A stretch of DNA of 64,000 bases from Oceanispirochaeta sp. GTDB lineage: Bacteria; Spirochaetota; Spirochaetia; DSM-2461. Below, one piece after another: positions 20,797 through 29,510 of this stretch. Numbering within the stretch: the first letter of the stretch is position 1; each line of letters starts with the position of its first letter. The stretch spans positions 576,001 through 640,000 of the forward strand of contig CAXXOA010000001.1 in the NCBI GenBank assembly GCA_963666275.2, in the 5' to 3' direction. The notes below the pieces were generated by a model. That model made no database searches. It worked only from the letters and a program-made list of their open reading frames with translations, and was not told where the DNA came from. A program made the translations under genes and the position numbers.

Positions 20797-22315
20797 CTTC
20801 GCATTCCTTAAGGTGCAGACCATGTGTTACCAGTATTTCATCAGACAGGCAGTCATTTTGCAGATCCTGAACTATCTGACCTTCGAACATAACCAGAATC
20901 CGGTCGCAGATTTCAATCAGTTCATGGTTATCACTTGCATAAAGAATTACTGCAGTACCAGTTTCTGCAAGTTCCTGAACTACTTTATACAGTTCTTCTT
21001 TTGCAGGAACATCAACTCCTTTTGCAGGATCGCTGAGTAGGAGAACTGATGGTGTGTGAGCAAGCCATTTGCCAAGGACAATCTTCTGCTGGTTCCCTCC
21101 GCTTAACTCGGAAACTTTCTGTTTTTTGTCCCTGGCTGCAACAGATAGTTTTTTCATTACTTTTTCACTTTGATTGTTGATAGCCTTTTTATTTAGTATC
21201 CCTTTCATCATGTTTACAGAAAACTGTGGAAATATGAGATTTTCTTCAATGGAATGTTCCATAAAAAGTCCCTCAAGGTTTCTATCCCCCGGAACAAGGA
21301 CTATTCCGTTTTTTAGAGCATCTTTAGGGTGTTTTATCTGCTTTTGCTGAGACTCAAAATAAAACAGGGAATCCTTTGTTCGAAGATATCCGGAAAGTGC
21401 CAGAAGAAGCTCTTCCTGCCCTTGTCCCTGAAGTCCGGATATTCCCAGGATCTCTCCTTTTCGTATCTGTAAATTGATATGCTTGAGTTTTTTGGGGATA
21501 TTCAGGTTTTTCACTTCCAGCTGGATTGAACCAATGGTTTTGTCAGGGCAGTCCGTCCGATTCTCAGAATATTTCTGGTCATGACCGGTCATGAGAGAGA
21601 TAATTTTATCCTCATTCTTCTCTTCAGCAGAGAAATTGATATCGCCTACACTCCAGCCGTTCCTGAAAATTGTGACATAGTCACATATCTCAAATACTTC
21701 CTGCATTCGATGGGATATGAATATAATGCCCAGATCCTCTTTGAAACTTCTAATCACATCAAATAAGAGTGAAACCTCTTTCTGTTCCAGGGCCGCCGTT
21801 GGTTCATCCAGGATGAGAATTTCTGGCTTCTTATAGAGAGATTTGACAATTTCTACAATTTGCTTCTCAGCAGGAGACAGATTGCAGACTTTGGATTCCG
21901 GTTTGATTGAAGCAGAAAATTGCCTCAGCATTTCTGCTGATGATTTATAGGACTCCGATTTATCAAGGAATCCTCCTTTACTTCTTTGTTCCACTCCAAG
22001 ACATATATTTTGCCATACAGTCAGCTCTGGAATAAGGCTGAGGTGCTGATGTACCATGGCAATATTTTTTTCAGCTGCCTGGATAGGATTCTGAAGAACA
22101 ATCTTTTCACCTTTGTATATGATATTCCCTTTCGAAGGGGTGTGAATTCCGGTAATAATTTTGGATATTGTTGACTTACCAGAGCCATTGGCACCTAGAA
22201 GACCGCAAATCTTACCCTTGTATATTTTTAAATTTCCGTCGGAAAGAGCTTTGACACCACCGAATTTTTTTTCGATATTTTGTGCCTCGAGCAGTACGGG
22301 AGAGTGAGAGAACAT
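20786..22315 (-). CDS. Monosaccharide ABC transporter ATP-binding protein (two NBDs, RbsA type)
   Basis: [27 protein letters not shown]. Confidence 0.92.
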   Translation of the reverse strand: MFSHSPVLLEAQNIEKKFGGVKALSDGNLKIYKGKICGLLGANGSGKSTISKIITGIHTPSKGNIIYKGEKIVLQNPIQAAEKNIAMVHQHLSLIPELTVWQNICLGVEQRSKGGFLDKSESYKSSAEMLRQFSASIKPESKVCNLSPAEKQIVEIVKSLYKKPEILILDEPTAALEQKEVSLLFDVIRSFKEDLGIIFISHRMQEVFEICDYVTIFRNGWSVGDINFSAEEKNEDKIISLMTGHDQKYSENRTDCPDKTIGSIQLEVKNLNIPKKLKHINLQIRKGEILGISGLQGQGQEELLLALSGYLRTKDSLFYFESQQKQIKHPKDALKNGIVLVPGDRNLEGLFMEHSIEENLIFPQFSVNMMKGILNKKAINNQSEKVMKKLSVAARDKKQKVSELSGGNQQKIVLGKWLAHTPSVLLLSDPAKGVDVPAKEELYKVVQELAETGTAVILYASDNHELIEICDRILVMFEGQIVQDLQNDCLSDEILVTHGLHLKECEDAI

Positions 22316-22343
22316 AGCCTTAACTCCTGATTTTCATTACAAG

Positions 22344-22369
22344 GACGGAACCCTGATCAGGGTTCCGTC
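22344..22369 (-). other. Perfect palindrome after the SBP gene (probable mRNA stabiliser)
   Basis: GACGGAACCCTGATCAGGGTTCCGTC, 26-bp palindrome. Confidence 0.6.
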
Positions 22370-22384
22370 AAATGATAAAAAGAC

Positions 22385-23440
22385 CTATTTGAATAATGCG
22401 TCAAGCTCTTCTTCTGTCAGCCATTCATCAATAAAATAACTGTCAGGTTCATGCTGGTATTCGTCAAAATAGCTGTCTATATTTTCATTTGTGACATGAT
22501 CTTTCACGTTATAGTAATAATACCCATCCTGTACGAGATCATCTTTCATCTCCATTCCCTGGAGCATCCTTACGCCTATACCTAAAGCTGTAGCACCTAT
22601 TCCCGGAGGATTATTCTGCCCATAGGAGCCGAATCCTGTATCATCTTTGAGCTCTTTCCATCTCTTTACATAACCCATCATGAGTTCTCCGGTAATAACC
22701 GGTACTTCCCTGCCTGCAGCAAGGAAAGCATTCACTGCTCCAAGAGCCATCCCGTCCTGTGTAAGAACACCGTCAATTTCCGGATAGGAACTAAGTAAAT
22801 TGGATACCACCTGCTGAGAACTTGCCTGGTCCCAGTTGCCGTTTACTTCAGTAAGAACATTAATGTCAGGATATTGTTTAAGAACATCATACATACCCTT
22901 TAGTCTGTTTACATTGGCAGGATGTCCGGCAATTCCACTGACAATAACAATATCTCCCTTGCCCCCGATCTCTTCACAGAACCACTTAGCCAGGTTAGCT
23001 CCCCATTGGACCTGGTCGATAACAACATTCAGCGCATACGGGCTTGTAACCGGGGCATCCAGTGCTATTACAGGAATCCCCATTGAATGGGCTTCTTCAA
23101 TAATCGGGTTCAATGCTGTTTCCGAATTAGGATCGATTAATAGAAGATCAACTCCCATAATGAGCAGTTTCTCAATCTGACTAATCTGTGCATTCACATC
23201 CAGACCGGCATTCTGAATTATAACCTTATCTATCCAGCCTTTACCCTGATAGTAAGATGCCAGATCCTCAACTGAGTCGATCATCTGGGTTCGCCATCCA
23301 TTCCCGATATAACCGTTGCTAAAACCAATGACATACCCACCTTCCGGGGCACCTTCCTGGTTTCCGTTTGCAAATACCGCAGACAGGGAAATGACCGTAA
23401 TTGCGCAGGTCAGAATAAATCTGACAGCTGTCCTTTTCAT
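22385..23440 (-). CDS. Sugar ABC transporter substrate-binding protein (Peripla_BP_4)
   Basis: Signal peptide ending FANGNQE; IGFSNGYIGNGWR, GNWDQASSQ. Confidence 0.9.
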   Translation of the reverse strand: MKRTAVRFILTCAITVISLSAVFANGNQEGAPEGGYVIGFSNGYIGNGWRTQMIDSVEDLASYYQGKGWIDKVIIQNAGLDVNAQISQIEKLLIMGVDLLLIDPNSETALNPIIEEAHSMGIPVIALDAPVTSPYALNVVIDQVQWGANLAKWFCEEIGGKGDIVIVSGIAGHPANVNRLKGMYDVLKQYPDINVLTEVNGNWDQASSQQVVSNLLSSYPEIDGVLTQDGMALGAVNAFLAAGREVPVITGELMMGYVKRWKELKDDTGFGSYGQNNPPGIGATALGIGVRMLQGMEMKDDLVQDGYYYYNVKDHVTNENIDSYFDEYQHEPDSYFIDEWLTEEELDALFK

Positions 23441-23594
23441 ACTTCCTCCTTAATTTGAAGCCTTTGGATTGAAAATATTAATCGGAACAGCTAGTATTGA
23501 AGTTGATTACGCTTCATTGTCCCGCATCAAAGGAGTTTTCTCCTGAGATGCGGGGCGATGTTGTTCCGATGTTTCCTTTTTTAAAAGCTGGTGA

Positions 23595-24497
23595 TTAACA
23601 GCCTACTTTTTTAAGAGTATCATCAACGTATTTTTTGGCTCTGGGTATATCTGATTCTTCCAGATGTTCGATGATGACAGGAATATTGGGATGCAATTTG
23701 GAGAGTCTTTCAAAGTATAGTTCGTAATTAAGAGATCCTGTCCCAGGGGCAGGGAGCTCTACTGCACCAGCGCCTCTGAAAGTATGAGCTTCAGATGCAT
23801 CCAATGATGCATGCTTCTCTTCGGGATTATCTGCTCTCTTACAATCTTTTGCATGGGCAATTTTAATCTTATCACTCACAGAATCGAATATCTTGTTCAA
23901 TGTGAGATCCATATGATCGATATTTGCATCATCAAAATAATTTGTAGGATCCATCAGGAGTCCCATGGCAGTATGATTTATATCAGTAAAGAGTCTATTC
24001 ACTTCGTCAATTGAGCCAATTACATTGTTTACATAGTTTTCAACAAGAAATACCGCACCGTGATCATAAGCTTCCTGCACGAGCTCATTGATGACTTTCA
24101 CACACTCCTCATACCCCTCTTCTGTTTTATTCTTGGGGTGATGAACCCAGTCGCTTTCTGTATTGTATGTACCTGTTTCGGAAATAACATAGGGTGTTCC
24201 CAGGTCTCTGGCATGACGGATTATTTCTTTCAGATAATCGACTCTTCTTTTTCTTTCATCCAGATCAGGATGAATAATGTTGGTGTATCCTGAGATACAG
24301 CAAATGGGTAGGTTCGCATCTCTGAAGGCATCCCGGATTGTATGGCATTTTTCCTTGGTTATCTTCCCTGCAGAAAAATCCATATCCTTAAAGGACAGGT
24401 CCAGCTGCACAGTCGAGAATCCATTTTTCTTCAGGCAACTGATCGATTCATCAAGAGTGTAGGGAAAATATCCTGTAAAAATTCCTACTGGTAACAT
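23595..24497 (-). CDS. Sugar phosphate isomerase/epimerase (xylose isomerase-like TIM barrel)
   Basis: VENY, MDPTNY, HAKD, PGTGSLNY, IIEH metal-ligand pattern. Confidence 0.85.
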   Translation of the reverse strand: MLPVGIFTGYFPYTLDESISCLKKNGFSTVQLDLSFKDMDFSAGKITKEKCHTIRDAFRDANLPICCISGYTNIIHPDLDERKRRVDYLKEIIRHARDLGTPYVISETGTYNTESDWVHHPKNKTEEGYEECVKVINELVQEAYDHGAVFLVENYVNNVIGSIDEVNRLFTDINHTAMGLLMDPTNYFDDANIDHMDLTLNKIFDSVSDKIKIAHAKDCKRADNPEEKHASLDASEAHTFRGAGAVELPAPGTGSLNYELYFERLSKLHPNIPVIIEHLEESDIPRAKKYVDDTLKKVGC

Positions 24498-24508
24498 AAT
24501 TTCGCTCC

Positions 24509-25627
24509 TTATTGTATGGTTTTATATACTTCTTCCAGTGTGACTGTCCTTTCTTCTTTGATGGACAGGTAAGCTGCATCGATAACAGCGAAAGTTTTCA
24601 GATTGTCTTTTCCGCTGATTTCCGGCTCGGTATCTGTTTCAATAGCTCTGAGAAGCTGGGACATCGTTCCTGCAAATGCATCAGGAAACCAAACGCCGTC
24701 CCATCGGGGCTTAATCCAGCAACGAGGAAATTTCCGGCTGGTGAAGTCCAGAGTACTGGGCACTCTCACCGGATATTTCGGCCAATTAATCGTTCCCTGG
24801 GCTATGCCATCAAGGCCTTCTACCCTCCATTTTATGAAATAATCCTGTTCTACCTGATCATCATCCGGACCTCCCCACACATCGTCAAAGGTGGTAGCCA
24901 TGAAATCATTTTCATATTTGTAGGTAACGTGAGTAATTCCATCGATATGATTAAAGGTAGTTCGTGGATCTTTTCTGGTAACAGCAGTAATTTTCTCCGG
25001 ATCCCCAAAGAGATAACGCATGACATCCAGGTGGTGGATTCCCATATTCAGCATTTCAATGCGGTCATATTTTTTAAGGAAATCCTGCCAATGGGGAATT
25101 GCCCGCATCTCAATACTTGCCAGAACCGGTTCTCCCAGATAATTCCGCTCAAGAATGGTTTTCAGTGCCCGCATTGATTGATCGTAGCGCATGTTGGAAT
25201 TAACACCCAGCTTAATTCCGGCTTCATCGCAAAGGCGAACAATCTCTGCTGCTTCCTGAATATTCATAGCAAGAGGTTTCTGTGCCAGTATTCCTTTGAT
25301 ATGGTTCTTTTCCTTCACTGCTTCTCTGATAACCTCGAGCTGGCAGTCAGGTGGTATCGCGATATCCAGTACTTCGATTTCGGGATCTTTAATTAGGTCT
25401 TTCCATGATTTATGGACTTTGGGTATCCCATGCATAGCTGCGGCTGCTTCTGCTGTACTCTGTTTCCTGGATGTGATGGCCACCGGATTAAATCCCGCAT
25501 CCTTATATGCCACCAGGTGACAGTCTTTCATAATGAAACCTGCACCAATGCATCCGATGCGGAAATCTTTTCTTTTAGGAAGAATCGGGTTAATAGACAA
25601 ATCCAGGTCCATATCGATGTTTGGCAT
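24509..25627 (-). CDS. Gfo/Idh/MocA-family oxidoreductase
   Basis: IGCIGAGFI Rossmann motif, AQKPLA, NMRY, GIHHLD. Confidence 0.9.
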   Translation of the reverse strand: MPNIDMDLDLSINPILPKRKDFRIGCIGAGFIMKDCHLVAYKDAGFNPVAITSRKQSTAEAAAAMHGIPKVHKSWKDLIKDPEIEVLDIAIPPDCQLEVIREAVKEKNHIKGILAQKPLAMNIQEAAEIVRLCDEAGIKLGVNSNMRYDQSMRALKTILERNYLGEPVLASIEMRAIPHWQDFLKKYDRIEMLNMGIHHLDVMRYLFGDPEKITAVTRKDPRTTFNHIDGITHVTYKYENDFMATTFDDVWGGPDDDQVEQDYFIKWRVEGLDGIAQGTINWPKYPVRVPSTLDFTSRKFPRCWIKPRWDGVWFPDAFAGTMSQLLRAIETDTEPEISGKDNLKTFAVIDAAYLSIKEERTVTLEEVYKTIQ

Positions 25628-25672
25628 CCTTTGCCTCCTTATTGGGTAGAAATATTTTATAGGAGAGGGAAA

Positions 25673-26935
25673 TTAAAATCCTCTCTCCTGATTAACCTTT
25701 TGAACTGCATCCAGCATGGCAATAACATTATCCAGTGGTGTTAATGCCTGCATATTATGGATGGTATTAAAAATAAACCCTCCATTCCGGGCAAGTAGTC
25801 TCACTCTTTCTGTTACCTCGGCAAAAACGTCTTCTCTTGTTCCGAAGGGGAGGGTTTTCTGCGTATCAACGCCACCTCCCCAGAAAGCAATTTTATTTCC
25901 ATATGTTTCTTTAATATATTCAGGGTTCATTCCAGATGCAGAGAACTGCAGAGGATTCAATATATCAAAACCTGCTTCTATCATACTGTTTATGAACGGC
26001 TCAATTCCGCCGCATGAGTGTTTAAAGGTCTTCCAGTTTGTATTTTCATGAATCCAGCCATTGATACGCTTATAGTAAGGTTTATAGAGATCATCGAATA
26101 AATCGGGTGAGCAGAAAGGACCATTTTGTGTACCAAAGTCTGTCCCACAGATGTAAGCAGCTCCAATTCGATCGCCTGTCACTGAATAGATCTTTTTCAG
26201 GTTTTCAATAGCAATTTCAGTCTGTTTTTCAAACACCTGATGAATATAATCCTGCCTTATGGAAGTAGAAATATACCATTCCGTTACATCACGGATTCCT
26301 TTCGGATCTTTAAGATTAGGAGCTGGTACGCAGGCAATATCTCCAATAGCTGTTCCTCCGAGATTTGCTACAATGAATCGGTCACTGTTTTGGAGCTCTT
26401 CACATCGAAGTCTGTAATATTCCAGTACATCATCACTTATCGGTCCAAACTCCTCCAGGTTATCTTCTGGGTTCAGTTCCTCTTCTTTTATCTCTTTCTG
26501 CCTGTTCAGGGAATCAAAAAAATAGCCACCCTCAGGAAGAACTGCAGAGGGATTCACTGATGTATCTCCTTCCGGGTACATCAGTAGATCTCCTTTGTCA
26601 TTTGTTTTGACGTTAAAATTTTCAGCAACTAAAAGGTTCTGTCCCCAGGGAGACGTCCATTCCTTCCAGTTTTCATTTCTGAAACCATAGAACGTGTATG
26701 GACTCCATATTATATCTGTATCAATCTGCATTGCATCTTTCAGATCATCTTCAATAAGGCCAAGCATCTGATAGGGTTCCAGTATGGTAACCGGCTTTTT
26801 AGGCAGACCATAATACTCCCTCAGCTTTTCTACTATTGTGCAATGTATACCAGTGGTCGGAAACCCGCCGAAATCTATAGGAACGGGCCCATCCTGAAAG
26901 TTTAGGGCTTGTCTTACCCGCTCGTTTCCATTCAT
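25673..26935 (-). CDS. Uroporphyrinogen decarboxylase / cobalamin methyltransferase (MtaA/CmuA)-like TIM-barrel protein
   Basis: PIDFGG..TGIH, CGTDFGTQ, FKHSCG, FWGGGVDTQKTLPFGT, GGFIFNTIHN. Start at the ATG at 26935 after CAGGAG. Confidence 0.8.
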   Translation of the reverse strand: MNGNERVRQALNFQDGPVPIDFGGFPTTGIHCTIVEKLREYYGLPKKPVTILEPYQMLGLIEDDLKDAMQIDTDIIWSPYTFYGFRNENWKEWTSPWGQNLLVAENFNVKTNDKGDLLMYPEGDTSVNPSAVLPEGGYFFDSLNRQKEIKEEELNPEDNLEEFGPISDDVLEYYRLRCEELQNSDRFIVANLGGTAIGDIACVPAPNLKDPKGIRDVTEWYISTSIRQDYIHQVFEKQTEIAIENLKKIYSVTGDRIGAAYICGTDFGTQNGPFCSPDLFDDLYKPYYKRINGWIHENTNWKTFKHSCGGIEPFINSMIEAGFDILNPLQFSASGMNPEYIKETYGNKIAFWGGGVDTQKTLPFGTREDVFAEVTERVRLLARNGGFIFNTIHNMQALTPLDNVIAMLDAVQKVNQERGF

Positions 26936-26981
26936 GAAAAACTCCTGTAAATCAATGAAAATAAAAAAAATGGATCGGTAG

Positions 26982-26995
26982 TTGGAACGTTCCAA
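26982..26995. promoter_or_regulatory. LacI-type operator
   Basis: Perfect palindrome TTGGAACGTTCCAA with central CG, just downstream of the predicted promoter. Confidence 0.7.
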
Positions 26996-27013
26996 TTTTT
27001 CATGGTTGGATAA

Positions 27014-27042
27014 TTTCTATCACTGTTTTTTCCATCTGTCAA
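27014..27042 (-). promoter_or_regulatory. Sigma70-type promoter for the sugar catabolic operon
   Basis: Minus strand TTGACA, 17-bp spacer ending TGA, then TAGAAA. Confidence 0.55.
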
Positions 27043-27101
27043 GTTTATTTATAATCCTGAAGCCAGAGGGATTGAGAGGGTTTTTTTATGTAGTAAAACT
27101 A

Positions 27102-29360
27102 CTAAGAATTAGTTTTTCCCAGTGTTTGGTGTAATTCAGAAACAATCTTTTTGATTGTCTCCTCAGGAGTCTTTCTCTTTTTTATACAAGAATTTATGTG
27201 ACGTCCCATGATTTTTTCAAATTGCCGTTCACTCAAATTTTCTCCCAGGGACTTGGGGATTATTCTTTTACGACTTTTATGAAAACTTTCCAGGGATTTT
27301 TCAAGCCATGGATAAATAAAATTCAGCTCTGAAGATTTGTAAAGATAGTTGGATGGATTGGATCCGCCCAGGATCATGTATGGAATAGCTGTTTCTTTAC
27401 TGGATATCCATTTCAGAAACTGAAATCCCAGTTCCGTATGTTTGGATTCAGGCTGAATACCTAAAGACCAGCCACCCATGAGTGATGTCTCTCCCGGAAG
27501 AATTTCATAGCCAATTCTTCCGACAATATTCGAGTGCTGCCTGTTCGTCAGTGTTGTGGCGTGAGCGACAAATAAAACCATCATAGCTGCTTCTCCGGAA
27601 GAGAAGATTTCAACTTGCTCCTTCCACCAGTAATCAGCAGATCCTTCCGGAGCATATTGGTAGCTTTCGCAATAATTCCTTATTCCTTTGAGTGTGGGGT
27701 CTCTGTCAAGAATGATATTGCCTTTGGAATCGAAGACATCACCACCGAATCCCCAAATCCTCGGCAATACTTCGCAGACTGCACCGGAAGAGTCCTGACC
27801 ACCCAGAGTTGTGCCGTAGGTAACTGGTGATTCAGGATTATATTTTCTGGTGAAGAATCTGGCTATCGCATTGAACTCACTCCAGTTACGCGGCGGCTGA
27901 AGTTCCTCTTTATAATAACTGTAATAACTGTTTTGCAGAGCTTTATCTTCAAACAGGTCTTTTCTGTAAAATAAAAGCTGAGATCCGAAAATAAAAGGGA
28001 TAGCATGATAGGAGCCGTTTACAAGGGCATAATTTTCCAGAGATCCGGGAATACTCCTCTGATCAATTTCTTCCATATCCAACAGGAAATTATTTAAGTC
28101 CATAAGTTTTCCTTTTTGAACAGATTCTTCCAGCCAGGGGAGATCTATTTGGAGTATATCAAATTCGGTGGATCCACTTCCCATTACGGTATCGTAAAGT
28201 TCATCATATGAGTATTCGTACAAATCGGTACGGCAATTATGCTTCAGTTCAAAGTCTTTGATTATGGAAAATAGCGCTTTGGAAAACTGATCTTCCAGCA
28301 TTGCCAGCTTCAGTACTGGCTTCTGGGATTTACTGCTTTGAGTAGGAAGTTCTATTTCATTGTGATAAGTGATGGAATTGTCAAGATAGAGTTTTTTTTC
28401 TTCGAAAAATACCGGATTTTCCAGATTTTCAAGGATATTTTCGGCCGCTTTTTCACCAGCAGTTATCGACCTGCGGAATACGTTTATTTTCTTTTTTTCT
28501 TCGGCTATCCAGGTTTCGTCTCCGAAATCTATAATTTCCGGTATAATAGAGAGATAACCCGCTGTATATTCTAGCGCTTTTTCCGTACTGACTGCTAGCG
28601 GTTTGGAAGTACAGATAACCACTTCCGGAATGAAGGAAGACTGGAACAATTCAACAGCTCCCCGGAAACCACTCTCTTTGTTATTATCAGTAATAATAAT
28701 ATGCGGGGGAGATTGGGTGTTATATTTATAGTGATCCTCAATGAAGCCATTCAAGCAGTCTCCTTCTGAACTGAACTCACTGGGGCCGCAGATAAGAGAA
28801 AAATTCTTCTTACCCAGTTTTCTATAAAAATGAAGTATCTCAATTATGGTATCTTTATTTCTATATCCTATAAAACTATACTTATGAAAATTGTTACCAA
28901 TTCCCTTTAACTTGATGTCCCTTTCGAGTAGGCAGACGGGAAGGTCTTCCTTTAATTCCCGTATTTTACTCATACTGGCTACGGGACTGCAAAGACAGGC
29001 AATAATTCCATCTACCCGCTGCTGCATAACCATTTCAATCAGGTCTAGCTCTTTTTTGGGATTTTCATTTGTTATGTATAAACTTACAAAATAGCCGGAT
29101 TCGCTAAGGGTTTTTTCAATGCCATTGAAAACCAGAGCATAATGCTGGTCTGTAACAAAGGGAAGTATAACAGCTATATTCATGGACTTTTTTGTTTTCA
29201 AGTTCCTTGCAGCTGCTGTAGGAACATAACCGAGCTCTTTTATGGCATTCTGTATTTTATCTACTTTGTCTTTACTTACGCGAACATTCCCGTTCAGAAC
29301 ATTAGACACGGTACCATGAGAAACCCCGGCTAATTTTGCAACATCTTTTATAGTCGCCAT
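27102..29360 (-). CDS. LacI-family repressor fused to a C-terminal family-1 solute-binding domain
   Basis: MATIKDVAKLAGVSHGTVSNVLN HTH and LacI core, then an SBP_bac_1-like half (FDILQIDLPW, LLFYRKDLF, PPRNWSEF, GGWSLGI); 752 aa. Confidence 0.85.
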   Translation of the reverse strand: MATIKDVAKLAGVSHGTVSNVLNGNVRVSKDKVDKIQNAIKELGYVPTAAARNLKTKKSMNIAVILPFVTDQHYALVFNGIEKTLSESGYFVSLYITNENPKKELDLIEMVMQQRVDGIIACLCSPVASMSKIRELKEDLPVCLLERDIKLKGIGNNFHKYSFIGYRNKDTIIEILHFYRKLGKKNFSLICGPSEFSSEGDCLNGFIEDHYKYNTQSPPHIIITDNNKESGFRGAVELFQSSFIPEVVICTSKPLAVSTEKALEYTAGYLSIIPEIIDFGDETWIAEEKKKINVFRRSITAGEKAAENILENLENPVFFEEKKLYLDNSITYHNEIELPTQSSKSQKPVLKLAMLEDQFSKALFSIIKDFELKHNCRTDLYEYSYDELYDTVMGSGSTEFDILQIDLPWLEESVQKGKLMDLNNFLLDMEEIDQRSIPGSLENYALVNGSYHAIPFIFGSQLLFYRKDLFEDKALQNSYYSYYKEELQPPRNWSEFNAIARFFTRKYNPESPVTYGTTLGGQDSSGAVCEVLPRIWGFGGDVFDSKGNIILDRDPTLKGIRNYCESYQYAPEGSADYWWKEQVEIFSSGEAAMMVLFVAHATTLTNRQHSNIVGRIGYEILPGETSLMGGWSLGIQPESKHTELGFQFLKWISSKETAIPYMILGGSNPSNYLYKSSELNFIYPWLEKSLESFHKSRKRIIPKSLGENLSERQFEKIMGRHINSCIKKRKTPEETIKKIVSELHQTLGKTNS

Positions 29361-29411
29361 AATTTCCCCTTAAAAAAAGATAGAGTGATACTATCATTTT
29401 TTAGATAACTT

Positions 29412-29425
29412 TTGAAACGTACCAA
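29412..29425. promoter_or_regulatory. Second LacI-type operator upstream of the regulator (autoregulation)
   Basis: TTGAAACGTACCAA, 12/14 match to the palindrome at 26982. Confidence 0.55.
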
Positions 29426-29510
29426 TCTCAATCAATTGCGTTGAAAAAATTTTATTTCCCAAAATGAGAACTTCCCCGGGAAAACTAGAAGCCCTGCTCA
29501 GCCGGATAAT

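Noticed and set aside
25673..26935. hemE (true uroporphyrinogen decarboxylase)
   Set aside because: Lacks the HemE MRQAGR motif and has no tetrapyrrole gene context.
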